From Selaginella moellendorffii (Eukaryota > Plantae > Lycopodiophyta): a DNA stretch of 64,000 nucleotides. Below the pieces are notes generated by a model that saw only the letters and a program-made list of their open reading frames with translations, was not told the DNA's origin and did no database searches. A program made the translations under genes and the position numbers. Shown piece after piece: positions 1 to 12,598 of this stretch. How positions within the stretch are numbered: the stretch's first letter is position 1; every line of letters begins with the position of its first letter. The stretch spans positions 1,002,236 through 1,066,235 of the forward strand of contig NW_003314321.1 of NCBI RefSeq assembly GCF_000143415.4. The letters run 5' to 3'.

Positions 1-1
1 C

Positions 2-163
2 CTGGGCTCGCTTGAAGCGCTGGTGACAATCGACGGTGGAGAGTCATTGGAAGACAAGCACTATCAGCAAATTGCTCGGGTTTGTATACATGTTTGTTCT
101 CTTCGTGGTCTCATCTCAGTTTTGTTGCAGATGCAAAGCCTGTTGGCGCAACCGCAGCGATAA
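2..163 (+). CDS. 3' end of an unidentified spliced gene (partial)
   Basis: Open frame 2-79 (LGSLEALVTIDGGESLEDKHYQQIAR), 51-nt GT..CAG intron 80-130, final exon MQSLLAQPQR* ending TAA at 163. Confidence 0.5.
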   Translation: MGSLEALVTIDGGESLEDKHYQQIARVCIHVCSLRGLISVLLQMQSLLAQPQR

Positions 164-255
164 CTTGTAAGCGGCTTCTATTCTCAACTTCGTTCTCAGG
201 GAAATCAATCATCCATGGCTTGAGAATAGCTTTGCAAATTTTATCTTTGTGCTAA

Positions 256-328
256 GGGGATGTAGCTCAGATGGTAGAGCGCTCGCTTAGCATGCGAGAG
301 GCACCGGGATCGATACCCGGCATCTCCA
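256..328 (+). tRNA. tRNA-Ala (anticodon AGC), nuclear plant type
   Basis: GGGGATGTAGCTCAGATGGTAGAGCGCTCGCTTAGCATGCGAGAGG..CCGGGATCGATACCCGGCATCTCCA; stems pair, plant Ala T-loop ATCGATA; downstream T-runs at ~371 and 401-408. Confidence 0.97.
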
Positions 329-478
329 AGTCCCGGCAGGCATGTCAACCCCAAAGTTTCAAGAATTAAGTTTTCCAAATATCGGCGCGAACGACCATCC
401 TTTTTTTTATCGTTCCTGGTGAACAGGTCCGATTCATGACTTCGCGAGCTCTGGATTTAACTTGTCGTCGCATTTGCT

Positions 479-1238
479 TTGTTATCTCGTTCGTTTGCTT
501 TCACGTCGCGCTCTACGCCTTCCTCTCCTGCCGCGGAGGTGAAAGTCAATCTCCTCTACAAGAAGTCCGATCGCACTGTTCCCTTCCTCGAGGCAAAGAA
601 AGACTTCGTTGATCTCCTCATGAGCTTTCTCGTGCTTCCGGTGGGGTCTGTGATCAGGCTCCTGCGAGCGGGCAACACTGTGGATACCGGTGTGAATAGC
701 GCCATGGTGGGCGGTGCTGCGAAGCTGTTTGAGACCATCGAGAAGATGGATCAGTCGAGCATGGAAGTTAGCAAGACCGTTCTCACCGACCCGGTGACGG
801 ATGCTTCCGCGTTTCGGGGAGGAAAGATTCTTACCTTAGAAGGGCCGGATTCCACTGCTCCGGTCTACAAGTGTGGGCGTCAAAACTGCTGCAATTTCAG
901 CGCTGGCAGTACACACTTCTCATGCCATCCTGATTATTCTCATCAAGTGCTGAAGATAGGAAAATCCCCTCAAACTACTGGCTACGTCAAGGACAATGTG
1001 ATCTTCATGATCACTGACGAGCTCGAAGTCTACCCGACTTCCACGATCAAGAGCATCGTCCTGCTCAACACGCTCAAGGTGAAAACTATGGAGGTCAGCG
1101 TGGGCGTTAACGAGGTAAATTCTCAGTTTCTTCTTTTTGTTCTTCCATACTTCCCTGCTCAAGGCGTCACTGGTTTCAAAGACTGTGCTCAACGACGTCT
1201 TCAAACCTTACGTACAGCGATCTTATTTTACTTCCTAG
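479..1238 (+). CDS. DUF674 family protein
   Basis: Motifs VPFLEAKKDFVDLLMSFLVLPVGSVIRLL and GYVK..FMITDELEV; C-terminal ASLVSKTVLNDVF reached via probable 49-nt intron 1115-1163; true start codon unclear. Confidence 0.8.
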
Positions 1239-2291
1239 AATAATCATGCCATGGTTTTGAAATCTTGTTCTTCTTCTTAGTTCGGGAAGGCATTCAACAC
1301 TAAAAGAGAAAATCATGACAAGTTTGTGAGAGAAAACCATGGGACATTCCCCATGTTTTCACTATTCATACTCTCAATTTCTTGTCCAAACTTGCAGAGG
1401 AATGGGTGCTCCATCCTGGGCATGCGCTGCTGGAGATTCCAGAAGACGATCTTGGATATTTTTTCCTGGAGTTTAGGCAATATGCTTTAGTTTCCGCTGG
1501 CTTCTTTTGACGGCATTCTGGCATTGAAGACTTCTTCGCTTCTCCTTTCTTGAGTTCTAAAATTTGTTGCTCAACATTTTTTTCTCTGATAGGAAATTTC
1601 CAGGTTGGAAGCACTTGGCAATGCAACTTCCAAGTCAGATCAACTAAGCAACAGAGTAGTTGGTAATCAATTCCAATGTTTCTTTTCTTGTGTTTGCACA
1701 TAATTTTATATTTATTTTACAGTGAAATATCACTACTCAAAATAGAAAAGATAAAAATATCTAAAAATTTGCTATTTCATTTTGTAATTTAATTACAAAC
1801 TACTCTAAGTGATAAGATATAAATAGATTATCTTAGCTACTGATACAAGTTACGAGAATTTGGGGAATTTTCAATTTTCAGCTCCAAGCTTTCAAGGACT
1901 CAAATCAAAGTTTACTAACCTATTGGATGTTGTTTAAGCAGGTTAATAAATTATAAGCATGTATATATTTATAAACAGAGGATTAATATAAATATATTTA
2001 AACCCTTAGATAGTAGAATATACCAAAATATCCAGGTATATTCTAAATAGATTTACTATTTTTAAACTATGACATGGCTATAGAGAGTGGTGAACTTAGT
2101 GCGAAAATCAGATATATCTACAGGATTTACCAATTTATACTATATACTATATATTAGCCCTAAGTAGTAAAGCAAACCAAAAATTAAATTCACTAGCCCA
2201 TATTTATACTAGGATCTTATTTTCTTGTTTTACAGTGTAATGATTTTCTATAAATAAATAATGATTCATATAGTAAAACTTTTATATATTC

Positions 2292-2296
<5 letters not shown>

Positions 2297-2322
<26 letters not shown>
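2297..2322. repeat. (GA)13 microsatellite
   Basis: Perfect GA dinucleotide run. Confidence 0.95.
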
Positions 2323-2323
<1 letters not shown>

Positions 2324-2507
2324 GGTTTAGATCCCTAATCTAGAAGCTAATCACATTGAAAGATAATCAAAATTGTGAGCTGCAAGGCCCATATATAAAG
2401 ATATACAAAAATGTACATATTTAATTAGCCCAAAGACCAATTACATTGGTTTAAATTTAAATCATCCCTGAATTTTATTTATATTTCAATAATTTTATGT
2501 GTCCAAC

Positions 2508-3794
2508 TCAGAGTCGTAACTCCTCCTTCATAGCTGCTCGGTCAGCAGGAGAGCGCGCCATGACTAGGTCAACCTCGTTCCCAACATCGGAAAGCCTCAC
2601 ATCCGAGTACGACGTCATTCCGGTGACATATCGCACATGAATAAAGTTACCTGCCGACATCGCCAACATCTCCTGTTTCCATTGTACCCTGTTGCCGCAA
2701 TAGATTTCCGCTAGGACAGCTTTCGCACCTATAAACTCATGTTGCACTATCTTCTTGCAAATTGCCTCATACTTCTCGGGAGAGAAGCCCATCGCAGGTG
2801 TAGCTGCGAGGCCCATTTGGATCGTTCCAAGGCTATTGCACATAACAGAATGAGCTGCTACCTTCCAGCTGATGGGGTTGTGAGCAGCAGCGCGAGCACA
2901 CAGATTAAGGAGCAGAGGAGACCCACCACATACCTCGTAGATGTCCTTCCAATCAGAGTCTCCAAACGCTGGAGGGAGTGTCCTGCCAGCAGCCGGAATA
3001 GAGTGACCATCAAAGAACTTACGTGCTTCAGATTCTGGAAAGTATCCCACACCAAACGGCTCCCAGTGTCCAGGATTGAACATGTCCCGGAGCCATACCC
3101 TGAAGAAGTCGTCCGAGCTACTGAGTATAAGATACGCCCTGTTATCCTGCTTCACCAGAGCCCTGAAGAAGCCAAAGAAGGTCTCAAGATCTTCCTTTTC
3201 CCACTTCTTCAGCCTATCAACCTGGTCGAAGATGAAGATTGGATACGTCATTTTAGTTCCGCCGATTAGTGCAGAGAAGGCGTGCATCACCTTGGCCAGA
3301 TCGCTTGCCTTAGCCTCGTTACCAAGCGGAAGAAGCTCTAAGACATCTTTCAGCGCTATGTCCACACCGAGACTCCTGCCGCCTCTCTTGAGGGTGACGG
3401 CACTCAATCCCTGCTCCACACTTTTCGCCCAACTCATCAACATATCTGTCCATCGCCAAAACATTTTCCGCATTTGGTCCGCTGCATCCTGAGGACTGCC
3501 CCACGCGTCCGTCCTCATGTCAAAGTAGAACACTGGAGAAGTGGCCGCCAATTCCTCGTCTGAAAGCCAAATCTCCTTCAGCCGCTTGAGCAGCTTAGTT
3601 TTCCCACAATCATTTGGCCCAATAACCATGGTCACAGACACCGGACGAGTAGCCAGGCGTGCCTGCAATGCCCTCAGCTCCACCTGGCGATTGAAGAAGC
3701 TTTCGTCGCCATCTTCCGGCACCACAGCTTGCAGGCCCTCGACCTTTGCAGCACGCGCATCCCAATCCAAACCACTGTCCTCGCCACTGGACAT
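2508..3794 (-). CDS. Intronless P-loop ATPase of the archaeal-ATPase/STAND-like type
   Basis: 428-aa ORF; FFNRQVEL pre-P-loop motif, Walker A GPNDCGKT, Walker B IFIFDQ, sensor ILSSSD, GxP motif CGGSP. Confidence 0.8.
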   Translation of the reverse strand: MSSGEDSGLDWDARAAKVEGLQAVVPEDGDESFFNRQVELRALQARLATRPVSVTMVIGPNDCGKTKLLKRLKEIWLSDEELAATSPVFYFDMRTDAWGSPQDAADQMRKMFWRWTDMLMSWAKSVEQGLSAVTLKRGGRSLGVDIALKDVLELLPLGNEAKASDLAKVMHAFSALIGGTKMTYPIFIFDQVDRLKKWEKEDLETFFGFFRALVKQDNRAYLILSSSDDFFRVWLRDMFNPGHWEPFGVGYFPESEARKFFDGHSIPAAGRTLPPAFGDSDWKDIYEVCGGSPLLLNLCARAAAHNPISWKVAAHSVMCNSLGTIQMGLAATPAMGFSPEKYEAICKKIVQHEFIGAKAVLAEIYCGNRVQWKQEMLAMSAGNFIHVRYVTGMTSYSDVRLSDVGNEVDLVMARSPADRAAMKEELRL

Positions 3795-4430
3795 TGCCGC
3801 TCACCTGGGTATTAATTAGGGCTCCAGATCCAGCCGTCCATTGATAAGAATCTAACGGTTTGGATTTATGCTACCAGAAGATGTTCGGTTTGCGATCCAC
3901 AGATCCTCGGTTTCCTTGTCGGAAACAGATCTTCTCGCAAGGACTCGCTGCTTGCAGGACCTCTGCTGTGATGCCATTGTTCTCAGGTGCTTTGTGACGA
4001 GGTAGCCGCTGGATCAGATATCATCAATCTGCGAGACGTAGTTTCATTAAATATCATTGAGGAGTGTGACTTTCTTGCGTTTGCATAAAATCACGTGAGC
4101 ATGAGCATGTAGGTCGTGAATGTGGTCTCATTAAGCGTCCTAGGTACAAATGTCCGTTTTTTATGCTTGCATAAACACCAAAAAGTCTTGTGGAATCTTT
4201 CAGCATGTGGATGATGTTGGTTCATAGCTTGTTGTTATTTAAGCTTAGCTTCCTAGCAGTCATTATCCCACCACTTGCTCTTGGGAAGTGTGGCAGCTGG
4301 AATCTTTGTTTGACTACCAATGTTTCTTGGGCAGCCTGAACAAGCATGGTGGTGTCTAGGTGAAGATTTCCACTTTGATTGGTTGCTGTTGATGCTGAAG
4401 TTTGTGGCAATTTAATACAGCTTTTTCACA

Positions 4431-6255
4431 TGACAATACAATGATAGAAACAAGAGAATGAGAATAAAATAAATAACTTAAATTATATAACAATACAGTT
4501 ATAGAACTCAATTCTCCCTTTCCTCAGAAATGTTATCTAAGTCATAACTAAAGCTTGGAAACACTCTCTACACATCATCCTTAATTTCCCATGTAGCTTC
4601 GTCTATGGAATAACCATTCCATTGAAATAATAACTCCCTAGTTATCTTCTGGCATGAGTTCACTAATCTTTAAGCAAAAATATTGGCTAAACCAGCCTTT
4701 TTAGCATCAATCTTTGGGATCTAGATGATGAATTAATCCATGACATCACTAGAGTGTAAACATGCTTTAAAATTGCTCACATAAAATGTTGGATGAATCT
4801 TCAAATTAGTTGGTAAGTCCAAAGTGTAAGCAAGATCCCCTATATATTATAAAATTGTTTAAAACCTCCAATACTATAGAGACAACTTAGCATTACCACT
4901 TCCTTTTAGAGACCATTATGCATTTAACAGCTTAAAGAAAACTTTGTCACCAACTTTGTACTCCTAATGATGATGATGCTCATCAGCCAATCCTCAATTT
5001 AGAGTTTGGCTCATATTTAGCTTTACTAACTTAAGCTTGCCTTGCATATCTTCCAGGAAATCACAAATATGAAGCACCTAAACCAAAGCCAAACTCAAAC
5101 TTACAAGAGACCTAAACTCATAACCATCCATTGCCATGAATAGAGATATACTATGAGTGTTTTTGTGAGCAAACTAAAGCAAAGGCAAGCACTTCTTCCA
5201 TACTCTTTGTCAAGTTAAGTTTCACACAAAAGAGCTTTTAACAATTGATTCATATGCTTTTTTTGCCCATTATGGATATTGACCACTACTCTCAACTTAG
5301 TGTCTAGCTTTTCAAAGACTGTTTGCCAAAACTAGGATATGAACTTGAAATCCCAATCACTCACAGTATTACTTGGCAAATCATAGAAACTGAATAATTG
5401 ATCTACAAATAACTAAGACACAACAACCTAAATAACATCATTTTTTTCGAAAGGTCTTGGGTAGACCTATGATAAAGTCCATCAAGATGTTATCCTACTT
5501 GTTCTCGGGTACATATACTTGATGAATTTGTCAACACGAGGAACCACTACATGTCCCTTCTTCACTAGAATTCCATTTTATATTTTGAATGATGCAAACT
5601 TTTAATAAAACATTGCAAGTTTAGCAGCTCATTATAGATGCCTGTAAGATTAAAATAAAGATCATGGAACTTGCGAGTATATGCATCCAAAGATAAAATC
5701 CCATGCCTAATCCCTACTAGTTAGTTCATGAGATCAACCTCTTCACACTTCTAATGAAGTATGGAAAACCTTTGTCAAATCATTTTAAGAAATCAGCTTG
5801 GGATTAACTTTGATGTAATTCTTCCACCACGAAAAAGCATGATCTATAAACTTCTTTAATCTTCACTTCATCTATAGAAGGGTTGTGAGACTAAACTTTC
5901 TCACAATTCCAACTAAAAATCAATCTCCCAAATATTTGGTGATGACTTCCATAACCATAATCCTTGGTATATTTAATATATCAATGGTAATCATAGATAT
6001 AAGATTAATTTAACCCTTGAGGGTTCATGTGAAGCAGGAAATCTTAGTCTTGCAAGACGACTTCCGGAAAAAACAAATAGTAACATTGATAGAATCCTTA
6101 ACCTCCTTAATATTGCTTTAAATCATAGAAATATGGCAACTTACCATATAATGACATCATCAACCTCCTCATTATAGCCATTATCATTAATGTCATACTC
6201 CTTATTAAGATTTATATCCCCATCCCCAAAAGAATGTGCTACTTTGATACCAATG
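4431..6255 (-). mobile_element. Degenerate, internally deleted Ty3/gypsy (chromovirus-like) LTR retrotransposon
   Basis: Interrupted integrase motifs (MDFIIGLPKT; LPSNTVSDWDFKFIS*FWQTVF; AYTLDLPTNLKIHPTFYVS), chromodomain-like ELLFQWNGYSIDEATWE (~4586-4640), purine tract ~4512-4526, PBS TGGTATCAAAG at 6252-6242. Confidence 0.85.
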
Positions 6256-7016
6256 AAGCAAACAAAGAATAAACCCTAAGTCCCAACCTTTTAAGGCATT
6301 ACTACCTTAAATCCCATAGGCCATAAAATATCCTTAGAATATTCCTATGGTTTGTGGGTGGATACACATCCTGAACACCTAAAGTGGATCACCAAGATCC
6401 CCCATCACTGGCCTCCTTAGCCCAATTCATTCCCAGCCCCTAGAGGGCTCCAACCTTTTGATCCATGTCTTTAATACCTTGGGTGGATCACCAAGAACCC
6501 CGCTCAACTCATTGGCTGGATGTGTGGCAGCTCCAACCCTTGGATGCCACACCCCATAACCAAATCTACTAGCTGTCCTAGCCAAGAAAGTCCCTTGGGC
6601 CATGCATGCCCTTCACACATGCATGTCACTTGTGCAGCCCTTCATAGCGAGGTAGAAAAACAAGCTTCAGTTATACAAAAAATGAAAGTGACAACAAGGA
6701 ATTCAAATAAACTCTAGCATGCCCAGCCCAGATGTGATGAGGTGCCCCTTATCTCCAGGCAAGGGTTACTAAAGTTCACACTAGGTCAAAACCTTCACTA
6801 TGCTCAAATCTTGATCACCCATGCCATTCCCAAACTGATCCTCTCCCAGCCCTAGCTCCTACCATGCCTTCCTACATCCTAAGAAGTCCCATTGCCCAAT
6901 CCTCTCTAACAAACTGGTTCTTCCTGCCACGTCGGATTCACCTGCCATGTGTCCATGTCATCTGTCTCACTTTGTTCTACGGGCTTGTTGTTGACCGCTT
7001 CACAGTTACCCTAAAA

Positions 7017-7216
7017 TTTGATACCATGTGAGAAAATGTGAGGGAGCTGCCTGGCCACGATAGACAGAAAAGAGGATACAGTAATGCTCTTGCTATTTAT
7101 CTCACCAAAAAGACTAAGAAAGACTAAGATGGAATGGACACAACCTCCTTGCCATGGTGCCACGTAATCCAGCGCAAGTGGAGAACTCAATAGGTTCTAC
7201 AAAGTATAATACAACA
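7017..7216 (-). mobile_element. Putative ~190-bp 5' LTR (TG..CA) followed by Met-tRNA primer-binding site
   Basis: Minus strand TGTTGTATT(7216)...TTCTCACA(7027) directly followed by TGGTATCAAA (7026-7017); no matching second LTR seen. Confidence 0.55.
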
Positions 7217-7222
7217 TGCTAC

Positions 7223-8936
7223 TCATCGAATGCTACTAGCGCTTCTGGAGAGGCCACTGGGTTTCATGTCGCTGCCGCATTTCTTGTTGGGCGATCCAAA
7301 CACCCTCCAGAAGCGCAGCGTCTCGTCCGCGGCCGCAGATGCAACGGTAGTTCCCTCCGGGCTCTACACGCAAAACAGGAAAAGCCACTGGGAAAAGCTG
7401 GAGAAGAATAATAAACCTGTGCCAAATGGATCACTCGAGCAGTATGGCCCCGGAGCTCGGCAATCCTGATCATCGACGGATACTTCCACACACACAGCTG
7501 GTTGAGGCTGTAGCCATGGCTGCTGAGAATCTCCTTTTGATGCCTGCTCCACTGTAGAGCACACACCTGGGTGAAAATATCGAGAGCTTAGCGAAGAAAA
7601 GATAGAGAGGAGCAAAGATGGAGAAGAAGAGAAGATCACCTGGGACAAGGTATCGATGCTGCTGAGACACGTCCCGGTTTGAGTGTTCCAAAACTTGATG
7701 CATCGATCCACAGTTCCACCACCCGAGGCCAGCAAGCGCGACTGGAACGGGCACCAGGCGAGTGCCTTGACAGCAGCTCGATGGCAGTCGAAGCGGAACG
7801 CACACCTGGAGCCGGGATGGATGGAATCGAACGTGGACGCCACTGCCGCGTCCCAGATGTGGAGGAGATTGTCGTTGCCGCCGCTGGCCAGCTGCTGGCC
7901 GCACGGTGACCACTTCAAGCCACACACCTCCTGGCAGTGTCCCGCGAGAACTGACGCCTTGTGTGCTCGAGCGCGCACTGCAAAGCTAATCGATCCATCA
8001 TCGGAAACAAACCAAGGTTTTACCATCGTGGTTTATAATCTTGTGGTCGCGGCTTCCGGACGACAGGAGTGATCCATTCCAAGCCAGAGACGAGACTCGT
8101 GATGAGTGACCGCGAAAGGTTCGAATCTACGTGTTCCAAGAAAGAAGAGCTTGCATGAGGAAGTTAAGATCACAAAACCTGGCTTCTGCTGGTGGCATGC
8201 CAGAGTTGGATGCATGCGCTGCTCAGTCCCACTGCGATCAATCTTCCATCGTCGGACCATGCAACGCTTGTCACCGTGTCGTGCTCCTCGCATTTGCTAA
8301 GTTGGAAGCTCTCGCCGGTGTCGGCGTCCCACAGGTAGACGGCAGAACCCAGAGCGACGGCGACTGTGTTGTTGCAACTCCAGTCCAGTAAGTTGAGGTA
8401 GTAGTCGTCCACGATCTCGGGGGCATCCAGGATTCTCTCAGGAGTCTTGCGTCACGGTTACAATGAAGAACATCGATTGACAATGTATGTACCTGGCATA
8501 TGTGTCGATGTGGTTTTTTGGAAGAAGGCAAGATGTCCAACTCTGTGTCGAGACAACGCTGGATGCTCAACGAGGGGATTTTCTTTGTGAAGGCCAGGAT
8601 CTTGGGGCTCCCCGTCTCGCAGCTTAGAAGACTCTCGGCCAGGATGCGTCTGTAATCTTCCTGGCAAGGAAACGTTAGGCGACATTGCTTCTTTGGACTC
8701 TTTACCTTAACAGGCGATGCAACCTCGGATGGAGTGTGGCTATTTTCCCTGGCTTCGTGGAGCAGATTAAAATGCGCTAGATCCAAGTCCATGGCTCCTC
8801 TGTTGGGAATGAAACGATCGCCCTGGATATCACCGATTACATGGAAGATATGAGAGGAGCTAGCTACCATGGAGATGGAAGGCCTGCGCGCCATTGGAGA
8901 GAGGGGCGCAGGGGAGAGCCGGGTCCTGCTTGCCAT
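7223..8936 (-). CDS. CDC20: CDC20/fizzy APC/C activator (multi-exon)
   Basis: C-box [19 protein letters not shown]40 repeats ([33 protein letters not shown]), C-terminal IR tail ASSIR* with TGA at 7225-7223; short GT-AG introns. Confidence 0.95.
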
Positions 8937-10719
8937 ATTCAGATCACAGCGCCCACCTCACACGACAGAAAAATCAGCAAGAAGATTGCCCTAATTAGAT
9001 CCAACGGCCTGGAACGTTGTCTCTTCCAACGGTCATCTTCAGCTGAAAGCTGCCATGGTTACTCAAGAATGCCAGTTCAATCTGATGCTGGACGAGACTG
9101 TTCCTTGATGTGCTGGAACAAAACATTGGTAGCGTATTGTTTTGAAAGGCTTTTCGACAATTATTTCCACACCTTTCAAGCTCATGAAGAAGAAATCGTT
9201 CTCGTCTTGCCTGCAAGAGCTTGATGTGTAGTCAAGCTTGGAAACAGAATAAACATTTGAAGAAAGCGGGCACGACTCACAGTTTCCACATCTCCTACAC
9301 TTGGGGTGGCTCGCAAGAAGCTCCCGCAAACCAGCCGACGAATGAACCAAAGGAAAGACAAGCATCATAAGCTCCAATCTCATTCGATTTATTATACCGA
9401 TCATAAGACGACATTCGTCCCTCACACAAATGCAAAACGGGAGAAAACTCGAACAAAGGGAAAAGGTACTCACAGACAGCCGCCGATAGGCTTTTCTGCA
9501 CGCGCAGTGACAGGCTGGAAGTTGAAAATGCTCCAAAACTCAATACCTTCTTCACAGGCTTTGCACGCTTCGAGGAGTAGCTTCAGCTGGAATCTCCACA
9601 GGATCAGCAGTAGCTCCAGACGTAGCCTTAGCTGGAATCTCCACGCGTAGATCAAACATCTGGAGCAGAGATTAGCATCAAAAATCTAGAAGATCAATAA
9701 CAAAAGATGGTACTAGGCCGGGAAACAACCATAGAAAACGCGTACCTGGCTGCATCCCTGGTGAGGTCGCTGGCGGGACCATTGAGGTGTGCTCTCTCAC
9801 AGTAGCAATGTTTTCCTTGGCGCAAGCATTGCTCTGTGCGAGCGCCCTAGTGACGAAGCGCCTTCGATCGTCTTTGCCAGCATCTTCTCCACGGATCCAG
9901 TCAGAGCCTGTGGAGCCTTCCATCTTGTGCATCACGTTCATCACGGAGCCTTCAACCTTGTCAACCACGAAATGGAGAACCAGAGGCGTGGCACCAGCGA
10001 CAATCAGCGACTGCGCAAGAAAAACTGGAAGATCTGGCCACCCCATTTCAATCGATCGACCCGACAGCACAGCGTCATATATGATAGCTTGCAAGCGATC
10101 CTTTCCAAGGGATAACTACAGCCTCGTTTGCAGGCGAGAGGGATAATTACACCTTGTTTGCAAGTGCTAGCTGATGGTCCAAATCATGGCACTGCCAGGC
10201 CACTTATGCTACAAAAAATCATTGCTCAAGATATGGTAAATTTTGGTTACTTGAATCAAAAAATATTATATGCCAGAAATTTGTAAGTATTCTTATATGG
10301 TAGTATTATTTTTTAGAACATTATATATTTTAGAAAACATGAATGTATTCATTTAATTATTTAATTAATATGAAATGTTTAGGATAACCTCTAACTCTAG
10401 ACACAAGTCCAAAAATGATCAATGAAGAAGTGGCTTACAAGCTCAAATGCAAAAAGGTTGACCAACTCCAGCTCACTCTAGAGGAGACATTGGAAGCATG
10501 AAGTCAAAGGCCAATCTTTTGGCGTGAAGCCACCCTGCTGTATCAACTGCAGACCATGGACAGCTGCTAGGGCTACCCCAACGCGCCGAGTGATGCCATA
10601 GACACTTCCAGAAAGTGGTCACCACAATAGAGCGTTCAACAATGAACAAGTTCAACCAGGCATACAAAATCTTCAAAAAGAAGACAGCACCAATCTTTAT
10701 TGATGAGGTGGACCTGGAT

Positions 10720-11650
10720 ACAGTACTTATATGAGCTCAATTGAGTGTGACACCCCACTGGCGTTCTGTGAGAAACAGGTGGAGGAAGCAATCAGCCGCC
10801 TCCACCGGTGGAAGGCCACAGACGTGTATGGGTTTACAGCGAATACATGGTGGCTAGTAACATCATCCAGGACGGTAGCTGGACCATCAATTGTGTCGTT
10901 CCGATATACAAGCAAGGAGACCCAAGGAAATTATAAGACAATCATGGTCTCCACCATCTTTGCCAAGCTCTTCACCCGACTAGTGGAGAAACGTCTTATC
11001 CGATGGAGCGAACAAGCGGGAGTCAGAGCATGAGGTCAAGTAGGGTTTCGACCGGACATCACAAAAGCGTTTGATAGTCTTGAGGACCAAACTCTTCCAG
11101 CACCTTAATCCAGCAGCTGTACACGAGAGTGAAAGCAGATGTCCAAGGTCGCAGCCCAAATCCCGTGTGACACCGGTTTGCCCTAAGGCTGCCCAGATGG
11201 TCTGGAAAAGATGATGGCGGATGATGAATGATGAACTCGTCGATGATATGCAGACGATATCATTGGACACACTCCACCGATTCTGCCAAGATACGGGATT
11301 ACAGATTAACCTTGGTGTTTGGACCAGATCAGGAGAGCAAATTCTGGTACGAAGGGAACAGATCGAGGCCACTGATGAGTACAAATACTTGGGGCACATA
11401 ATCCACCGTTCTGTAGGGGTCCTGGCCAGGAGGCGCAATCGGACTGTAGAAAAGCACGAGTGACAAGGTGGGAGGCGAAGAATATATATTTTCTCACGAA
11501 ACTAACCACAGTGGCTCATAAATGTGGGGACCCGGACTATCTAAAACGATGTGGGAAAACCTGGAAACCATCGCATCAACCTTCTCCACTAAAACAGTGT
11601 GACAATACTTCCGCAAAACTAGATTGTCCTTGTTTGCGAGGAATAAGTGT
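10720..11650 (+). mobile_element. Decayed non-LTR (LINE) retrotransposon reverse-transcriptase fragment
   Basis: NYKTIMVSTIFAKLFTRLVEKRL..*GQVGFRP, DITKAFDSL, GLP*GCP, LVDDM, YKYLG motifs in order with stops, frameshifts and deletions. Confidence 0.85.
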
Positions 11651-12598
11651 GTTTCAGCGTCCCAGTCGATGTTTGACCGTCTCTGTGTCTTCCACGCAGA
11701 CCAGGCAGATCCGGAGGTGTTTTCCCTGTCCACAGCGTCCGAGTTCGATGAGGAGGCTGTGGCTTCCTGTGCGGGGGCGATGGAGCGTCTGCTCCATTCT
11801 GAATGTTTCATCTGGGTTTATCTCCTGGCAATAAAGGTGATATTTTGTCCTAGTGTCCTCTGCCATGTATCCTTGTGTGCATCATTGTTCAAGATCCTCT
11901 TCAAGTGCGCTGAGAATGTAGTTGATATCCATGCCAAACTTGTGCATCCACATCTCCATGTCGTACCACCATCCTTGTCCATGTTGCCGTGCTAGCAGCT
12001 GAGAGTCAAGAATTGCTTGATGCCATATGGTATGAAGTACGCCAATTAGCTATGGAGTTGCAATGGCAAATACATGTCACACATGTAATGGAGGCAACCA
12101 TAATCAAACGGCCAAGTAAAAGAAGATGGCTAGGCAGGGCCTGCGCGACAACAATGATGATGCCACCGACACAAGAGATAGTCTAACTTGCATTTTTGCA
12201 TCCATCAGTCTCATGCTTCCAGTTGCACACCACAAGACTATCAAAACAGAATTTCAAAACAAAATGGCTCAGAGGGCTTTTTCTCATCTGGAACAGAGGA
12301 GTGTGAGTGGCGACTCACTTCAAAGCCACTTTCATCATCACCAGATTCGAACCGAGAACCAGTTGATTACAAGGCTCGCACCTAACCAACCGCGCTAGGT
12401 GCTACTCTTGGTAGTTGATTTAGACGCTGCAAACAGATCTCGCATGAATCTCCTGGCCAAGAGCACAAACACATCTTCCCAGAAATCCTGGAGGTTCCCA
12501 CCATCGATGGTTACCTCCAGGAGCAACGCAAGCCGCCATCGATCCAAGACACCCGGAGGTATGCGCTGCTCCTCCGCCAATGCGGCGACCGCCGCGAC

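Noticed and set aside
1366-1701. 111-aa minus-strand ORF
   Set aside because: No recognisable domain; could be a stray exon but unsupported
1714-2238. TTTTACAGTG twice (CACTG-type terminus)
   Set aside because: Both copies in the same orientation, so no TIR pair or TSD can be defined
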